Source: Clostridia bacterium
GTDB taxonomy: Bacteria > Bacillota > Clostridia > Christensenellales > Borkfalkiaceae
NCBI GenBank assembly: GCA_021203865.1
Contig: JAJQAJ010000061.1
Coordinates: forward strand, 1 to 24,000
Direction: 5' to 3'
Length of the DNA: 24,000 nucleotides
In this document: one piece after another, positions 14,959 to 24,000 of the stretch
How positions within the stretch are numbered: position 1 is the first letter of the stretch
Layout of the letters: each line of letters begins with the position of its first letter
Translations under genes and position numbers: made by a program
The notes under the pieces: generated by a model
Database searches by the model: none
What the model was told of the DNA's origin: nothing
The model's input: only the letters and a program-made list of their open reading frames with translations

Positions 14959-15752
14959 AAGATGTTTTGGGTCAAATTGCCGCAAGCACAAAGCGAAGAT
15001 ATGCCGTGAGAAAGGAGAGCGTCCCTCTGGAAGTTCTCAGAGATGAGATAGACGCGGGGGCGGGCTCGCCTCTTTTCCCGCACGCCTTTGAAAGAGCGCT
15101 CCGAGGTGCCGGTTTCGCAATCATTTGTGAAATCAAAAAAGCCAGCCCATCAAAGGGAGTGATATCCGCTGACTTCCCGTACATTGAAAAGACTAGAGAC
15201 TACGTGAGAGGCGGAGCCGCGGCGATATCCTGTCTCACCGAACCCGAGTATTTTTTGGGGTCCGACGAGATATTCAAGGCGGTGCGCGAGGTTTCTCCCA
15301 TTCCAATCCTCAGGAAGGATTTTGTCGTTGACGAGTATCAGATTTACGAAAGTAAAGTCATCGGTGCTGACGCCGTTCTTCTGATTTCGTCGCTTCTTTC
15401 GGCCGGGGAGATGGAGAAGTTCCTTTCACTCACGAGGTCCCTCGGAATGAGCGCGCTGTGTGAGTGCCGCACCGAGGAGGAAGTCAAAAGGGCCGTGGAC
15501 ATCGGGGCGCGGGTTATCGGCGTGAACAACAGAGACCTCACAGATTTTTCTGTGGACAGGACGCGAGCCGAAAGCTTCATAAACCTTGTTCCGGAAGACA
15601 GGGTGTTCATAACGGAGTCGGGAATGTCGAACGCCGTGGATGTGAGGAGGGCCTATAAGAGGGGCTTCGGAGGCGTCCTCATGGGTGAGGCTCTCATGCG
15701 GGCGGATGACGCGTACATGTTCCTTTGCGAGGTGAAAGAGTGTGTAAAGTGA
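14955..15752 (+). CDS. trpC: Indole-3-glycerol phosphate synthase
   Basis: EIKKASPSKG motif. The start was chosen at the ATG at 14955, which overlaps the trpD stop (ATGA). The tracked ORF opens at 14835 inside trpD. Confidence 0.92.
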   Translation: MKDVLGQIAASTKRRYAVRKESVPLEVLRDEIDAGAGSPLFPHAFERALRGAGFAIICEIKKASPSKGVISADFPYIEKTRDYVRGGAAAISCLTEPEYFLGSDEIFKAVREVSPIPILRKDFVVDEYQIYESKVIGADAVLLISSLLSAGEMEKFLSLTRSLGMSALCECRTEEEVKRAVDIGARVIGVNNRDLTDFSVDRTRAESFINLVPEDRVFITESGMSNAVDVRRAYKRGFGGVLMGEALMRADDAYMFLCEVKECVK

Positions 15753-16354
15753 AGATATGCGGCCTTTGCGATATCGGGGTGACGGCGGTCATAAATGAAA
15801 TGCTGCCCGAATATGCCGGATTCATACTCTCTACGGGATACAGAAGAAGCGTGGACGCGTCGCTCGCAGCGAAATTTCGGGGAAACATCGACGAACGCGT
15901 GATATGCGTGGGTGTTTTTGTGGACGCGGGGTTGAACGAGGTCTTTCGCGCGGTTGAAAAGACGAAGATCACGTGTGTCCAGCTTCACGGACGCGAGGAT
16001 GAGAAATATATCGGCGAACTCAAAAAAGAAAGCGGCGTTTCGGTCATAAAGACCGTGTCATATATATCGTTTGTCAGAGGCGGTTGGCCGGAAAACGCCG
16101 ACGTCATTCTGATTGACGGGACGAGGCGCAAGGGGTTCGAGGGCGGAGAGATTGGTTCGTTGGATTTACGCGGGAAAGATAAACCAGTTTTCATCGCGGG
16201 AGGACTCACTCCGGAAAATGTCCGAGGCGTGATAGACAGGGTCCGTCCTGACGGCGTGGATGTGTCCTCCGGCGTGGAGACAGACGGAGAAAAAGACGCG
16301 GGAAAAATAAAAAATTTCATCCGGGAGGTGAGAAAAAATGGCTGGAAAAGGTAG
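15749..16354 (+). CDS. trpF: Phosphoribosylanthranilate isomerase
   Basis: VKICGL N-terminus and VQLHG motif. A probable GTG start at 15749 overlaps the trpC stop (GTGA). An alternative ATG is at 15725. Confidence 0.88.
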   Translation: MKICGLCDIGVTAVINEMLPEYAGFILSTGYRRSVDASLAAKFRGNIDERVICVGVFVDAGLNEVFRAVEKTKITCVQLHGREDEKYIGELKKESGVSVIKTVSYISFVRGGWPENADVILIDGTRRKGFEGGEIGSLDLRGKDKPVFIAGGLTPENVRGVIDRVRPDGVDVSSGVETDGEKDAGKIKNFIREVRKNGWKR

Positions 16355-17522
16355 ATTTGGCGAATACGGCGGACAGTATGTTCCCGAAACGCTCATGAAC
16401 GCGCTATCGGAGCTCGAATCGGCCTATGAATATTTCAAAAGTGACGAAAATTTTCGTGCGGAGCTTGGTGCGCTTTTGACGCAGTACGCCGGAAGGCCTT
16501 CTTTGCTTTATTTCGCTGAGAACCTGACACGGCGCGCGGGCGGGGCGAAGATATATCTCAAAAGGGAGGACCTCAACCACACGGGCGCTCACAAGATAAA
16601 CAACGCCCTAGGACAGGGACTGCTCGCGAAGCGCATGGGTAAGACTCGGCTCATCGCCGAAACCGGTGCGGGTCAGCACGGTGTCGCGACGGCGACGGTG
16701 GCGGCGCTTCTGGGGTTGGAGTGTGAAATCTACATGGGAGAAGAGGACGTGAAAAGACAGGCCCTAAACGTCTATAAGATGAAGCTTCTCGGCGCGTCGG
16801 TTCATCCCGTGAAATCCGGCACGGCGACGTTGAAGGATGCCGTGAACGAGTGCATGAGGGAGTGGACGAGAAGAATTTCCGACACACATTATCTTCTGGG
16901 ATCAGTCATGGGCCCTCATCCCTTTCCGACCATGGTCAGGGATTTCCAGTCTGTCATATCCGAAGAGGCGAAGGCTCAGTTTCTTGAAAAAGAGGGAAAG
17001 CTTCCCAGGGCTGTGTTGGCCTGCGTCGGCGGCGGGTCAAATGCCATGGGGGCGTTTTATAACTTCCTGGACGACGATGTGCGCCTCATAGGCTGCGAAG
17101 GCGCGGGAAAGGGCGTGGACACCCCCGACACGGCCGCCACGATTTCGGTGGGCAAAGAGGGCATATTCCATGGCATGAAGTCGATTTTCTGCCAGACGGA
17201 CGACGGCCAGATAGCGCCGGTGTATTCCATATCGGCCGGGCTTGACTATCCCGGCATCGGTCCCGAACACGCCGCTCTGCACGCGTCGGGTCGTGCGGAA
17301 TACATTCCCGTTTCGGACGAGGAGGCGGTCAGCGCCTTTGAAACGCTGTCCGAATGCGAGGGGATAATCCCGGCGATAGAAAGTTCGCACGCCCTAGCCG
17401 TTGCCATGAGGGTGGCGAAAGAATACGAAAGGGAAGACTCCGTCATGGTGTGTTTGTCGGGGCGTGGCGACAAGGACGTGAAGGCAATCGCGAGATACAG
17501 GGGGGAAGAGATTTATGATTAA
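16338..17522 (+). CDS. trpB: Tryptophan synthase beta chain
   Basis: 394 aa. PLP-lysine motif HTGAHKINN and GGGSNA. Confidence 0.96.
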   Translation: MAGKGRFGEYGGQYVPETLMNALSELESAYEYFKSDENFRAELGALLTQYAGRPSLLYFAENLTRRAGGAKIYLKREDLNHTGAHKINNALGQGLLAKRMGKTRLIAETGAGQHGVATATVAALLGLECEIYMGEEDVKRQALNVYKMKLLGASVHPVKSGTATLKDAVNECMREWTRRISDTHYLLGSVMGPHPFPTMVRDFQSVISEEAKAQFLEKEGKLPRAVLACVGGGSNAMGAFYNFLDDDVRLIGCEGAGKGVDTPDTAATISVGKEGIFHGMKSIFCQTDDGQIAPVYSISAGLDYPGIGPEHAALHASGRAEYIPVSDEEAVSAFETLSECEGIIPAIESSHALAVAMRVAKEYEREDSVMVCLSGRGDKDVKAIARYRGEEIYD

Positions 17523-18285
17523 ACTTGGAAACGCGTTCAAAAAAGGCAAGGCCTTCATTCCGTTCATCACGGCGGGAGATCCAAACCTTTCCTCGACGGA
17601 AAGGTTCGTCCGTGTGCTTGAAGAAGCCGGCGCGGACGCGATAGAACTCGGAATCCCGTTTTCCGACCCAACAGCGGAAGGTGAGACGATAGAGGCGGCG
17701 GACGCGCGGGCCCTGAAGAGCGGCGCGAGCGTGGAAAAAATCTTCGACATGACGGAAAGGATTAAAAGAAATGTGCCCCTTCTTTTCATGACGTATGCCA
17801 ATCCGGTGTTTGTCTACGGCTACGACAGGTTTTTTTCGAGGTGCGCGCACGCCGGCGTTTCGGGTGTGATAGTGCCCGATGTGCCGTTTGAGGAGAGTCC
17901 GGAGATAAAGGTGGTCGCGAAAGAGCACGGCGTCACCGTCATAGACATGGTCGCGCCCACATCCGACGAAAGGGTGAACGCCATTTGTGAAGGTTCAGAG
18001 GGGTTCATTTACCTCGTGTCCTCCCTCGGGGTCACCGGGGTGAGAAGCGAGTTTGATTTGGACATTGGCGCCGCGGTCGAAAAAATCAGGAAGGTTACGA
18101 AGACTCCCGTCTGTGTGGGATTTGGCATTTCAGGCCCCGAAAAGGCTGCCGAAATGGCCGCGAAAGCTGACGGCGCGATAATAGGCAGCGCCATTGTTAA
18201 AATAATCGCTGAAGGCGGTGCGAAAGCGGATCGGAAGCTTTTTGAGTTCTCGTCAGCCGTGGCGAGGGCGGTTCACGGGTGCTAA
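17515..18285 (+). CDS. trpA: Tryptophan synthase alpha chain
   Basis: 256 aa. ELGIPFSDP and GFGIS motifs. 8-nt overlap with trpB. Confidence 0.95.
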   Translation: MIKLGNAFKKGKAFIPFITAGDPNLSSTERFVRVLEEAGADAIELGIPFSDPTAEGETIEAADARALKSGASVEKIFDMTERIKRNVPLLFMTYANPVFVYGYDRFFSRCAHAGVSGVIVPDVPFEESPEIKVVAKEHGVTVIDMVAPTSDERVNAICEGSEGFIYLVSSLGVTGVRSEFDLDIGAAVEKIRKVTKTPVCVGFGISGPEKAAEMAAKADGAIIGSAIVKIIAEGGAKADRKLFEFSSAVARAVHGC

Positions 18286-18371
18286 GGCCTATCTTTCGTG
18301 CGTAGCCGGGGCCAATCCCCGGCATTTTCGCGTGTCGCGGCGAAGGCATAAAAATAGATTTCGATAATTTG

Positions 18372-18400
18372 TTGACACGGCATTTTTATTGTTTTATACT
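18372..18400 (+). promoter_or_regulatory. Near-consensus promoter of the polyamine operon
   Basis: -35 TTGACA (18372-18377), 17-nt spacer, -10 TATACT (18395-18400). Confidence 0.55.
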
Positions 18401-18413
18401 TTGCCTTGCAGGT

Positions 18414-18427
18414 ATGACCATGGTCAT
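18414..18427. promoter_or_regulatory. Perfect 14-bp palindrome just downstream of the -10; candidate operator
   Basis: atgaccatggtcat is its own reverse complement. It starts 14 nt after the -10 hexamer. Confidence 0.45.
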
Positions 18428-18675
18428 GTGCAAATATTTATTGGCAGCATAGGCTGCGTTATTGATTGAGTTAAGAGCTCAAATTTTATAAGTACGGCAG
18501 AGCCGTTATCATAAGACATTCATAGTGTCACTTGTGAAATGATCAATAAAGTGTTAGGAAGTATTTGCTTTGTAATCACCTGATTTGCCCACAGTCATAC
18601 GGTATAGGCATATATCGCATTTTGAGAAAGTGACGCCGTAAAACGCGCCGCTTAATTTTTTGTCCGGAGGTTTCG

Positions 18676-20127
18676 ATGAATAAGGCCAGACAGGAAAGGG
18701 CACCTCTTTATGAGGCGCTCGAGGCTTTCAGAAAAAAAAGAATTGTGCCATTCGACGTTCCCGGACACAAGAGGGGACGCGGCAATCCCCAGCTCGTCGA
18801 ACTTTTAGGGGAAAAGTGCGTCGGGATAGACGTAAACTCCATGAAACCGCTCGACGACCTCTGCCATCCGTCGTCCGTCATCCGGGAGGCGGAGGAGCTC
18901 GCCGCGGAGGCGTTCGGGGCGGCACATTCTTTCTTCATGGTGGGCGGCACGACTTCCGCCGTGCAGAGCATGATACTTTCGTGCAGCATGGAGGACGAGA
19001 AAGTCATCGTTCCGAGAAACGTCCACAAGTCGGTCATCAATTCACTTATACTCAACGGAGCCATCCCCATATACGTAAATCCGGAAGTCGAGCCGAAACT
19101 CGGGATATCCCTCGGAATGGAGCCCAAAAAGCTTCTCCAGGCCGTTGAGGACAACCCGGACGCGGTCGCCGTCATAGTCAACAATCCGACTTATTACGGG
19201 ATTTGCTCCGACCTCAAATCCATAGTGGACATCGCACATTCCCACGGCATGAAGGTTCTTGTCGATGAGGCGCACGGCACCCATTTTTCGTTCAGCGACA
19301 AACTTCCGCTGTCCGCCATGCAGGCCGGCGCCGACATGGCCGCGGTGAGCATGCACAAATCCGGCGGTTCTCTCACTCAGAGCTCGCTCCTTCTTCTGAA
19401 TGCTGACATGAACGTCGATTATGTGAGGCAGATAATTAACCTCACGCAGACGACGAGTTCATCCTATCTTCTGACGTCCAGTCTCGACATCACGAGACGC
19501 AACCTCGCGCTCAACGGGGAGGCGCAGTTTGAAAAGGTCATCAACATGGCGAAATACGCGAGGGAGGAGATAAACGACATCGGTGACTATTACGCTTACG
19601 GCACCGAGCTCATAAACGGCACGTCCGTCTTCGATTTTGACGTGACCAAGCTCGCCATATACACGAGGGACCTAGGACTCGCGGGAATAGAGGTGTACGA
19701 CATTCTGCGCGACGAATACGACATACAGGTTGAGCTTGGCGACATCTCAAACATGCTGGCGTATCTATCGATAGGCGACAGGCTCCAGGACATAGAAAGG
19801 CTCGTCGGCGCGCTCGATGACATAAGAAGGCTGTATAAACGGGACCCCAGCGGCATGCTCTCGGCCGAATACCTTCCGCCGAAGGTTTCCGTGTCACCGA
19901 GGCAGGCGTTCTATTCTGACAAGGAGTCGCTGCCGCTCAAAGAGTCGGCCGGGAAGATCTGCACGGAGTTCGTCATGTGCTACCCGCCGGGGATACCCAT
20001 CCTCGCGCCCGGCGAGCTCATAACCAGGGATATAATAGAGTACATAGAATACGCGAAGGAAAAGGGGTGTTCCGTTCAGGGCACGGAGGACTTCGCGGTC
20101 AATTACATAAACGTTCTCACAAGATAA
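18676..20127 (+). CDS. speA: Orn/Lys/Arg decarboxylase family PLP enzyme (Bacillus SpeA-type arginine decarboxylase-like)
   Basis: 483 aa. PLP-lysine motif SMHKSGGSLTQSS, with fold-type I major-domain layout and length as in Firmicutes SpeA. GGAGG SD. Confidence 0.82.
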   Translation: MNKARQERAPLYEALEAFRKKRIVPFDVPGHKRGRGNPQLVELLGEKCVGIDVNSMKPLDDLCHPSSVIREAEELAAEAFGAAHSFFMVGGTTSAVQSMILSCSMEDEKVIVPRNVHKSVINSLILNGAIPIYVNPEVEPKLGISLGMEPKKLLQAVEDNPDAVAVIVNNPTYYGICSDLKSIVDIAHSHGMKVLVDEAHGTHFSFSDKLPLSAMQAGADMAAVSMHKSGGSLTQSSLLLLNADMNVDYVRQIINLTQTTSSSYLLTSSLDITRRNLALNGEAQFEKVINMAKYAREEINDIGDYYAYGTELINGTSVFDFDVTKLAIYTRDLGLAGIEVYDILRDEYDIQVELGDISNMLAYLSIGDRLQDIERLVGALDDIRRLYKRDPSGMLSAEYLPPKVSVSPRQAFYSDKESLPLKESAGKICTEFVMCYPPGIPILAPGELITRDIIEYIEYAKEKGCSVQGTEDFAVNYINVLTR

Positions 20128-20139
20128 GGAGGTGGCGGC

Positions 20140-21012
20140 ATGGGCACAGAAATGTGGTTCGCGGACGAACACACGCCGAACGTCAAGCTCAACATAAGGG
20201 TCAAAAAGCAGCTCTTTTCCGATCACAGCGACATCCAAAGGGTGGACGTCTTTGATTCCGAGGACCTCGGCAAGTTCATATCCCTTGACGGGAACATCGT
20301 CTTTTCCGAAAGGGATGAGTTCATTTATGATGAAATGGTGGTTCATGTCCCCATGGCCGTGCACCAGCACGCCAAGAAAGTGCTTGTCATAGGCGGCGGC
20401 GACGGAGGTGTCGCGAAGGAGCTCTGCCGCTATGATGAGATAGAGACCATTGACGTCGTCGAAGAGGACGAGATGTTCGTCGAGGTATCGAAAAGGTTTT
20501 TCCCCGACACGGCGGAAGGGCTCGAGGACAAAAGGGTCAATCTCTACATCCAGGACGGGCTCAAATTCATACGCGGGAAGGTCGGGGACTACGACCTCAT
20601 AATAAATGACTCCACTGACCCGTTCGGGCCCACGGAGGGGCTTTTCACCAGGGAGTTCTACGGGAGCTGTTACAAGGCGCTCAACAAGACCGGCATCCTC
20701 GTGTACCAGCACGGCAGCCCTTTCTATGACGTTGACAGGGACGAATGCTGCAAGATGCATCAAAAAGTCTACTCAATCTTCCCCATATCCAGGGTGTATC
20801 AGGCGCACATTCCGACGTGCTCCTCGGGTTACTGGCTCTTCGGGTTCGCCAGCAAGAAATATCATCCCGTGAAAGATCTGGACGCCGACGCCTGGGACGA
20901 GAGGAAGATCCACACGAAATATTACACCACGAACGTTCACAAAGGTTCGTTCATGCTCCCCAAGTATGTCGAAGACATGCTGAGGCGGGTTGAAAAGGGA
21001 AAGGAGGGCTGA
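20140..21012 (+). CDS. speE: Polyamine aminopropyltransferase (spermidine synthase family)
   Basis: 290 aa. LVIGGGDGG, DSTDPFGP and tetramerisation N-terminus MWF.E. GGAGG SD. Confidence 0.9.
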   Translation: MGTEMWFADEHTPNVKLNIRVKKQLFSDHSDIQRVDVFDSEDLGKFISLDGNIVFSERDEFIYDEMVVHVPMAVHQHAKKVLVIGGGDGGVAKELCRYDEIETIDVVEEDEMFVEVSKRFFPDTAEGLEDKRVNLYIQDGLKFIRGKVGDYDLIINDSTDPFGPTEGLFTREFYGSCYKALNKTGILVYQHGSPFYDVDRDECCKMHQKVYSIFPISRVYQAHIPTCSSGYWLFGFASKKYHPVKDLDADAWDERKIHTKYYTTNVHKGSFMLPKYVEDMLRRVEKGKEG

Positions 21013-21013
21013 G

Positions 21014-22267
21014 ATGAAACTCCTTGTCATAGGATGTGGCGGCGTTGCAAGAGTGGCGATAATAAAGGCCGCGAAATCAGGCGAATTTTCGGAAATCATG
21101 ATAGCCAGCCGCACGGTGGGGAAATGTGAGGCCCTCGCGCGCGAACTGGAGGGCGAATCTAAGGCGAAACTTCTGACGGCCGCGGTGGACGCGGCGGACG
21201 TTGAGGCGCTATGCGGCCTCATATCGGGTTTCGGGCCCGGGGCGGTTCTCAATCTCGCGCTCCCTTACCAGGACCTCACGATAATGGAGGCATGTCTTAA
21301 ATGCGGGGTCGATTACATTGACACGGCGAATTACGAGTGCGAGGACACGGATGACCCCGAATGGCGCGCGGCGTACGAAAAGAGGGTGAAGGAGAAAGGC
21401 TTCACTGCCTATTTCGACTATTCTTATCAGTGGGCCATGAAGGAGAAATTTGAAAAGGCGGGACTTTGCGCACTCCTCGGCAGCGGGTTTGACCCCGGGG
21501 TGAGCGAGGTTTACTGCGCTTACGCGCAGAAGCACTACTTCGACACGATTGAGACAATAGACATTCTGGACTGCAACGGCGGCGACCACGGATACGCGTT
21601 CGCCACGAACTTCAATCCGGAGATAAATTTAAGGGAAGTTTCCGCCAACGGCTCGTACATCGAAAACGGAAAATGGATCGAGACGAAGCCTCTTGAGATA
21701 AAGAGGGAGTATGATTTTCCGGAAGTCGGGAAAAAGGACATGTACCTTCTCCACCACGAGGAGCTGGAAAGTCTCGCCGTGAACATAAAGGGCGTCAAAA
21801 GGATAAGGTTTTTCATGACGTTCGGCCAAAGCTACATCCAGCACATGAACTGCCTCAAAGACGTCGGCATGCTTTCGACCACTCCCGTGGAGTTTGAGGG
21901 AAGGGAGATTGTGCCAATAAAGTTTCTCAAAGAGCTCCTTCCCGACCCCGCGACGCTCGGCGCGAGAACCAAGGGCAAGACAAACATCGGCTGCATTTTC
22001 ACCGGGATGAAGGACGGCAAAAAGAAGACGCTCTACATATACAATGTGTGCGATCACGAGAAATGCTATGAAGAGGTCGGCTCCCAGGCGATATCGTACA
22101 CAACAGGGGTTCCCGCGATGGTGGGCGCGCTGCTCGTTTCGAACGGCACGTGGAGAAAGCCGGGAGTTTACAACTGCGAGGAGTTCGACCCCGACCCCTA
22201 TATGGAGGCGCTTGAAAAATACGGGCTCCCCTTCGTCGTGAAGGAAGACCCCGAGCTGGTGGATTAA
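21014..22267 (+). CDS. Saccharopine dehydrogenase-like carboxy(nor)spermidine dehydrogenase
   Basis: About 417 aa. N-terminal Rossmann motif LVIGCGGVA. Length and its position directly upstream of the carboxynorspermidine decarboxylase are typical of CASDH/CANSDH. AAGGAGG SD upstream of the ATG at 21014. Confidence 0.82.
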   Translation: MKLLVIGCGGVARVAIIKAAKSGEFSEIMIASRTVGKCEALARELEGESKAKLLTAAVDAADVEALCGLISGFGPGAVLNLALPYQDLTIMEACLKCGVDYIDTANYECEDTDDPEWRAAYEKRVKEKGFTAYFDYSYQWAMKEKFEKAGLCALLGSGFDPGVSEVYCAYAQKHYFDTIETIDILDCNGGDHGYAFATNFNPEINLREVSANGSYIENGKWIETKPLEIKREYDFPEVGKKDMYLLHHEELESLAVNIKGVKRIRFFMTFGQSYIQHMNCLKDVGMLSTTPVEFEGREIVPIKFLKELLPDPATLGARTKGKTNIGCIFTGMKDGKKKTLYIYNVCDHEKCYEEVGSQAISYTTGVPAMVGALLVSNGTWRKPGVYNCEEFDPDPYMEALEKYGLPFVVKEDPELVD

Positions 22268-23380
22268 ATGGAATTTTCCCTCGTTCCCTCCCCCGCGTAC
22301 ATCGTGGATGAGGACCTTCTGACGCGCAATCTTGAGATTTTGGCCGGTGTGGAAGAGCGCACCGGCTGCCGGATTCTTCTCGCCCAGAAGGCGTTCTCTT
22401 CATATGCCTTCTATCCTCTCATCTCAAAATACCTTTCCGGCACGACGTCGAGCGGGCTTTTTGAAGCGAGGCTCGCGGCTGAGCATTTTCCGGGCGAGCG
22501 TCATGTCTACGCGCCGGCTTACACCGACGCCGAATTTGACGAAGTGGCGGCTCTTTGCGATCACATCGTGTTTAACTCAAACGCCCAAAAGGAAAAATTC
22601 GCGAAAAGAGCGGCGGGAAGGAGCCTCGGACTTCGGATAAACCCCGAGTTTTCCACACAGGGCGGGGGCATATATGACCCATGCGCGCCGAAATCGAGGC
22701 TGGGAATAACGAGGGAGAATCTCAGCGATGAGTGCCTTGACGGTGTCGAGGGCCTTCATTTTCACACGCTTTGCGAACAGGGCGCCGATGCCGCAGCCGC
22801 GACTGTCGCGGCCGTCGAAAAAAAATTCGGGGAATTTTTCGCGAAAATCAAATGGATAAACTTGGGCGGAGGACATCATATAACAAAACCGGGGTACGAC
22901 GTCGGACTTTTGGAGCGCGTCATAAAGGGGCTCCGGGACAAATACGGGCTTGACGTCTATCTGGAGCCCGGCGAGGCCGTGGCCCTGAACGCGGGATTTC
23001 TGAAATGCACGGTTCTGGAAATCGTCCAAAACGGCGCGGACATCGCCATTTTGGACGCGTCGGCCGAATGTCACATGCCGGACGTTCTGGAAATGCCCTA
23101 CCGGCCGCCCTTGGAAGGCGCGGGAGAAATCGGCGAAAAGGCCCACACGTACAGGCTTTCATCGAGGTCCTGCCTCGCGGGTGACGTCATCGGTGACTAT
23201 TCCTTCGACCGTCCGCTGAAACCCGGGGACACGCTGATGTTTTCCGACATGGCGATATACACAATGGTGAAAAACAACACGTTCAACGGCATGCCCCTTC
23301 CCACCATCGTGAGAAAGAAAGGGGATGACTACGACGTTTTGAAAACGTTCGGGTACGAGGATTTCAAGAGAAGATTATGA
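22268..23380 (+). CDS. nspC: Carboxy(nor)spermidine decarboxylase
   Basis: 370 aa. Alanine-racemase-fold decarboxylase with INLGGGHH and EPGEA motifs and NspC-like length. Confidence 0.88.
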   Translation: MEFSLVPSPAYIVDEDLLTRNLEILAGVEERTGCRILLAQKAFSSYAFYPLISKYLSGTTSSGLFEARLAAEHFPGERHVYAPAYTDAEFDEVAALCDHIVFNSNAQKEKFAKRAAGRSLGLRINPEFSTQGGGIYDPCAPKSRLGITRENLSDECLDGVEGLHFHTLCEQGADAAAATVAAVEKKFGEFFAKIKWINLGGGHHITKPGYDVGLLERVIKGLRDKYGLDVYLEPGEAVALNAGFLKCTVLEIVQNGADIAILDASAECHMPDVLEMPYRPPLEGAGEIGEKAHTYRLSSRSCLAGDVIGDYSFDRPLKPGDTLMFSDMAIYTMVKNNTFNGMPLPTIVRKKGDDYDVLKTFGYEDFKRRL

Positions 23381-24000
23381 ACGACGTGAGACTTCCGGCG
23401 GAATACGAAAAACACGACGCCACCATAATGATATGGTGTGAGAGACCCGGGTCGTGGACATACGGCGGGAAATACGCGAGACCGGCCTTCGCGAGACTCG
23501 CCCGCGAAATATCGAAGGGTGAGAAGGTATATCTTTGTGTGTCGCCGAACGGTTTCGGGGAGGCGATGACGTACCTTTTTGACCTCGTGGAGGAGGGGAA
23601 AGTCGTGCCCGTGAACATTCCGACGGACGACTGCTGGGCGAGAGACATATCCCCGGTGTTCGTCAAAAGAGGAAAGAGAGTGGAAGGCGTCGATTTCGCG
23701 TTCAACGCCTGGGGCGGGGACTATGACGGTCTCTACCGCGATTACAAAAAAGACGACGCGTTCGCGGGAAAACTGTGCGCGCTTTTAGGTTACGACATCA
23801 TTTCCGCGAGACCCTTCGTTCTGGAAGGCGGCGCGGTTCATTCCGACGGCAAAGGCACGCTCCTTGTCACGGAGGAATGCCTTCTAAGTCCCGGCAGGAA
23901 CCCCGGCATGGTAAAGGGCAGCATAGAGGATGAGCTCAAATCCCGCTTCGGAGCGAAGAGGGTGGTGTGGCTTCCCTATGGGGTTATTGGCGATGAAACC
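23377..24000 (+). CDS. aguA: Agmatine deiminase (5' part, truncated by the window end)
   Basis: My own translation gives MNDVRLPAEYEKHDATIMIW...DDCWARD...NAWGG...EGGAVHSDGKGTLLVTEECLL, matching the PAD_porph/agmatine deiminase family. ATGA overlap with the nspC stop. The frame stays open to 24000. It is absent from the ORF track because it has no stop codon. Confidence 0.85.
   Translation, partial: MNDVRLPAEYEKHDATIMIWCERPGSWTYGGKYARPAFARLAREISKGEKVYLCVSPNGFGEAMTYLFDLVEEGKVVPVNIPTDDCWARDISPVFVKRGKRVEGVDFAFNAWGGDYDGLYRDYKKDDAFAGKLCALLGYDIISARPFVLEGGAVHSDGKGTLLVTEECLLSPGRNPGMVKGSIEDELKSRFGAKRVVWLPYGVIGDET

Noticed and set aside
19894-20763. 289-aa minus-strand ORF spanning the speA/speE junction
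   Set aside because: It is antisense to two strongly supported genes in a GC-rich region. It is Arg/Val/Pro/Leu-rich with no motifs and crosses an intergenic SD on the opposite strand, so it is a shadow ORF.

Overview
This looks like an origin-proximal chromosomal segment of a Firmicutes/Clostridia-like bacterium, judged from the T-box leader, genome-encoded CCA on the tRNAs and SD-type ribosome-binding sites. All coordinates and counts below were derived by hand from the sequence.

Gene order, left to right:
- dnaN (-).
- rsmG (+), which appears leaderless.
- A 650-bp intergenic region carrying a DnaA-box cluster and two parS-like palindromes, so oriC-like.
- ftsH, parA/soj and parB/spo0J, followed by a third parS.
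- A class-3-type aldehyde dehydrogenase.
- A convergent solo TnpB-family (IS200/IS605 OrfB) RNA-guided-nuclease gene on the minus strand.
- Four tRNA genes (Cys-GCA, Leu-TAA, Val-TAC, Gly-GCC) plus an inverted tRNA-like remnant.
- A Trp T-box leader and a complete trpEGDCFBA operon.
- A polyamine operon: arginine decarboxylase, spermidine synthase, carboxy(nor)spermidine dehydrogenase and decarboxylase, and a truncated agmatine deiminase.

The most unusual locus is 8453-10100. The tnpB gene appears to keep its RuvC D/E/D residues and Zn finger, and there is no tnpA. Twelve nucleotides after its stop codon begin 2.5 tandem copies of a 146-nt module. Two copies are 146/146 identical and the third is a roughly 85% identical partial copy. 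The module folds best as minus-strand RNA (GNRA-capped hairpin, G-U pairs, loop-biased substitutions). The array ends at a bidirectional intrinsic terminator.

This is not a CRISPR array and not the usual single omega-RNA arrangement. I flag it as a candidate multi-copy guide-RNA scaffold array or proto-array. Tandem PATE-like mini-elements are the main alternative.
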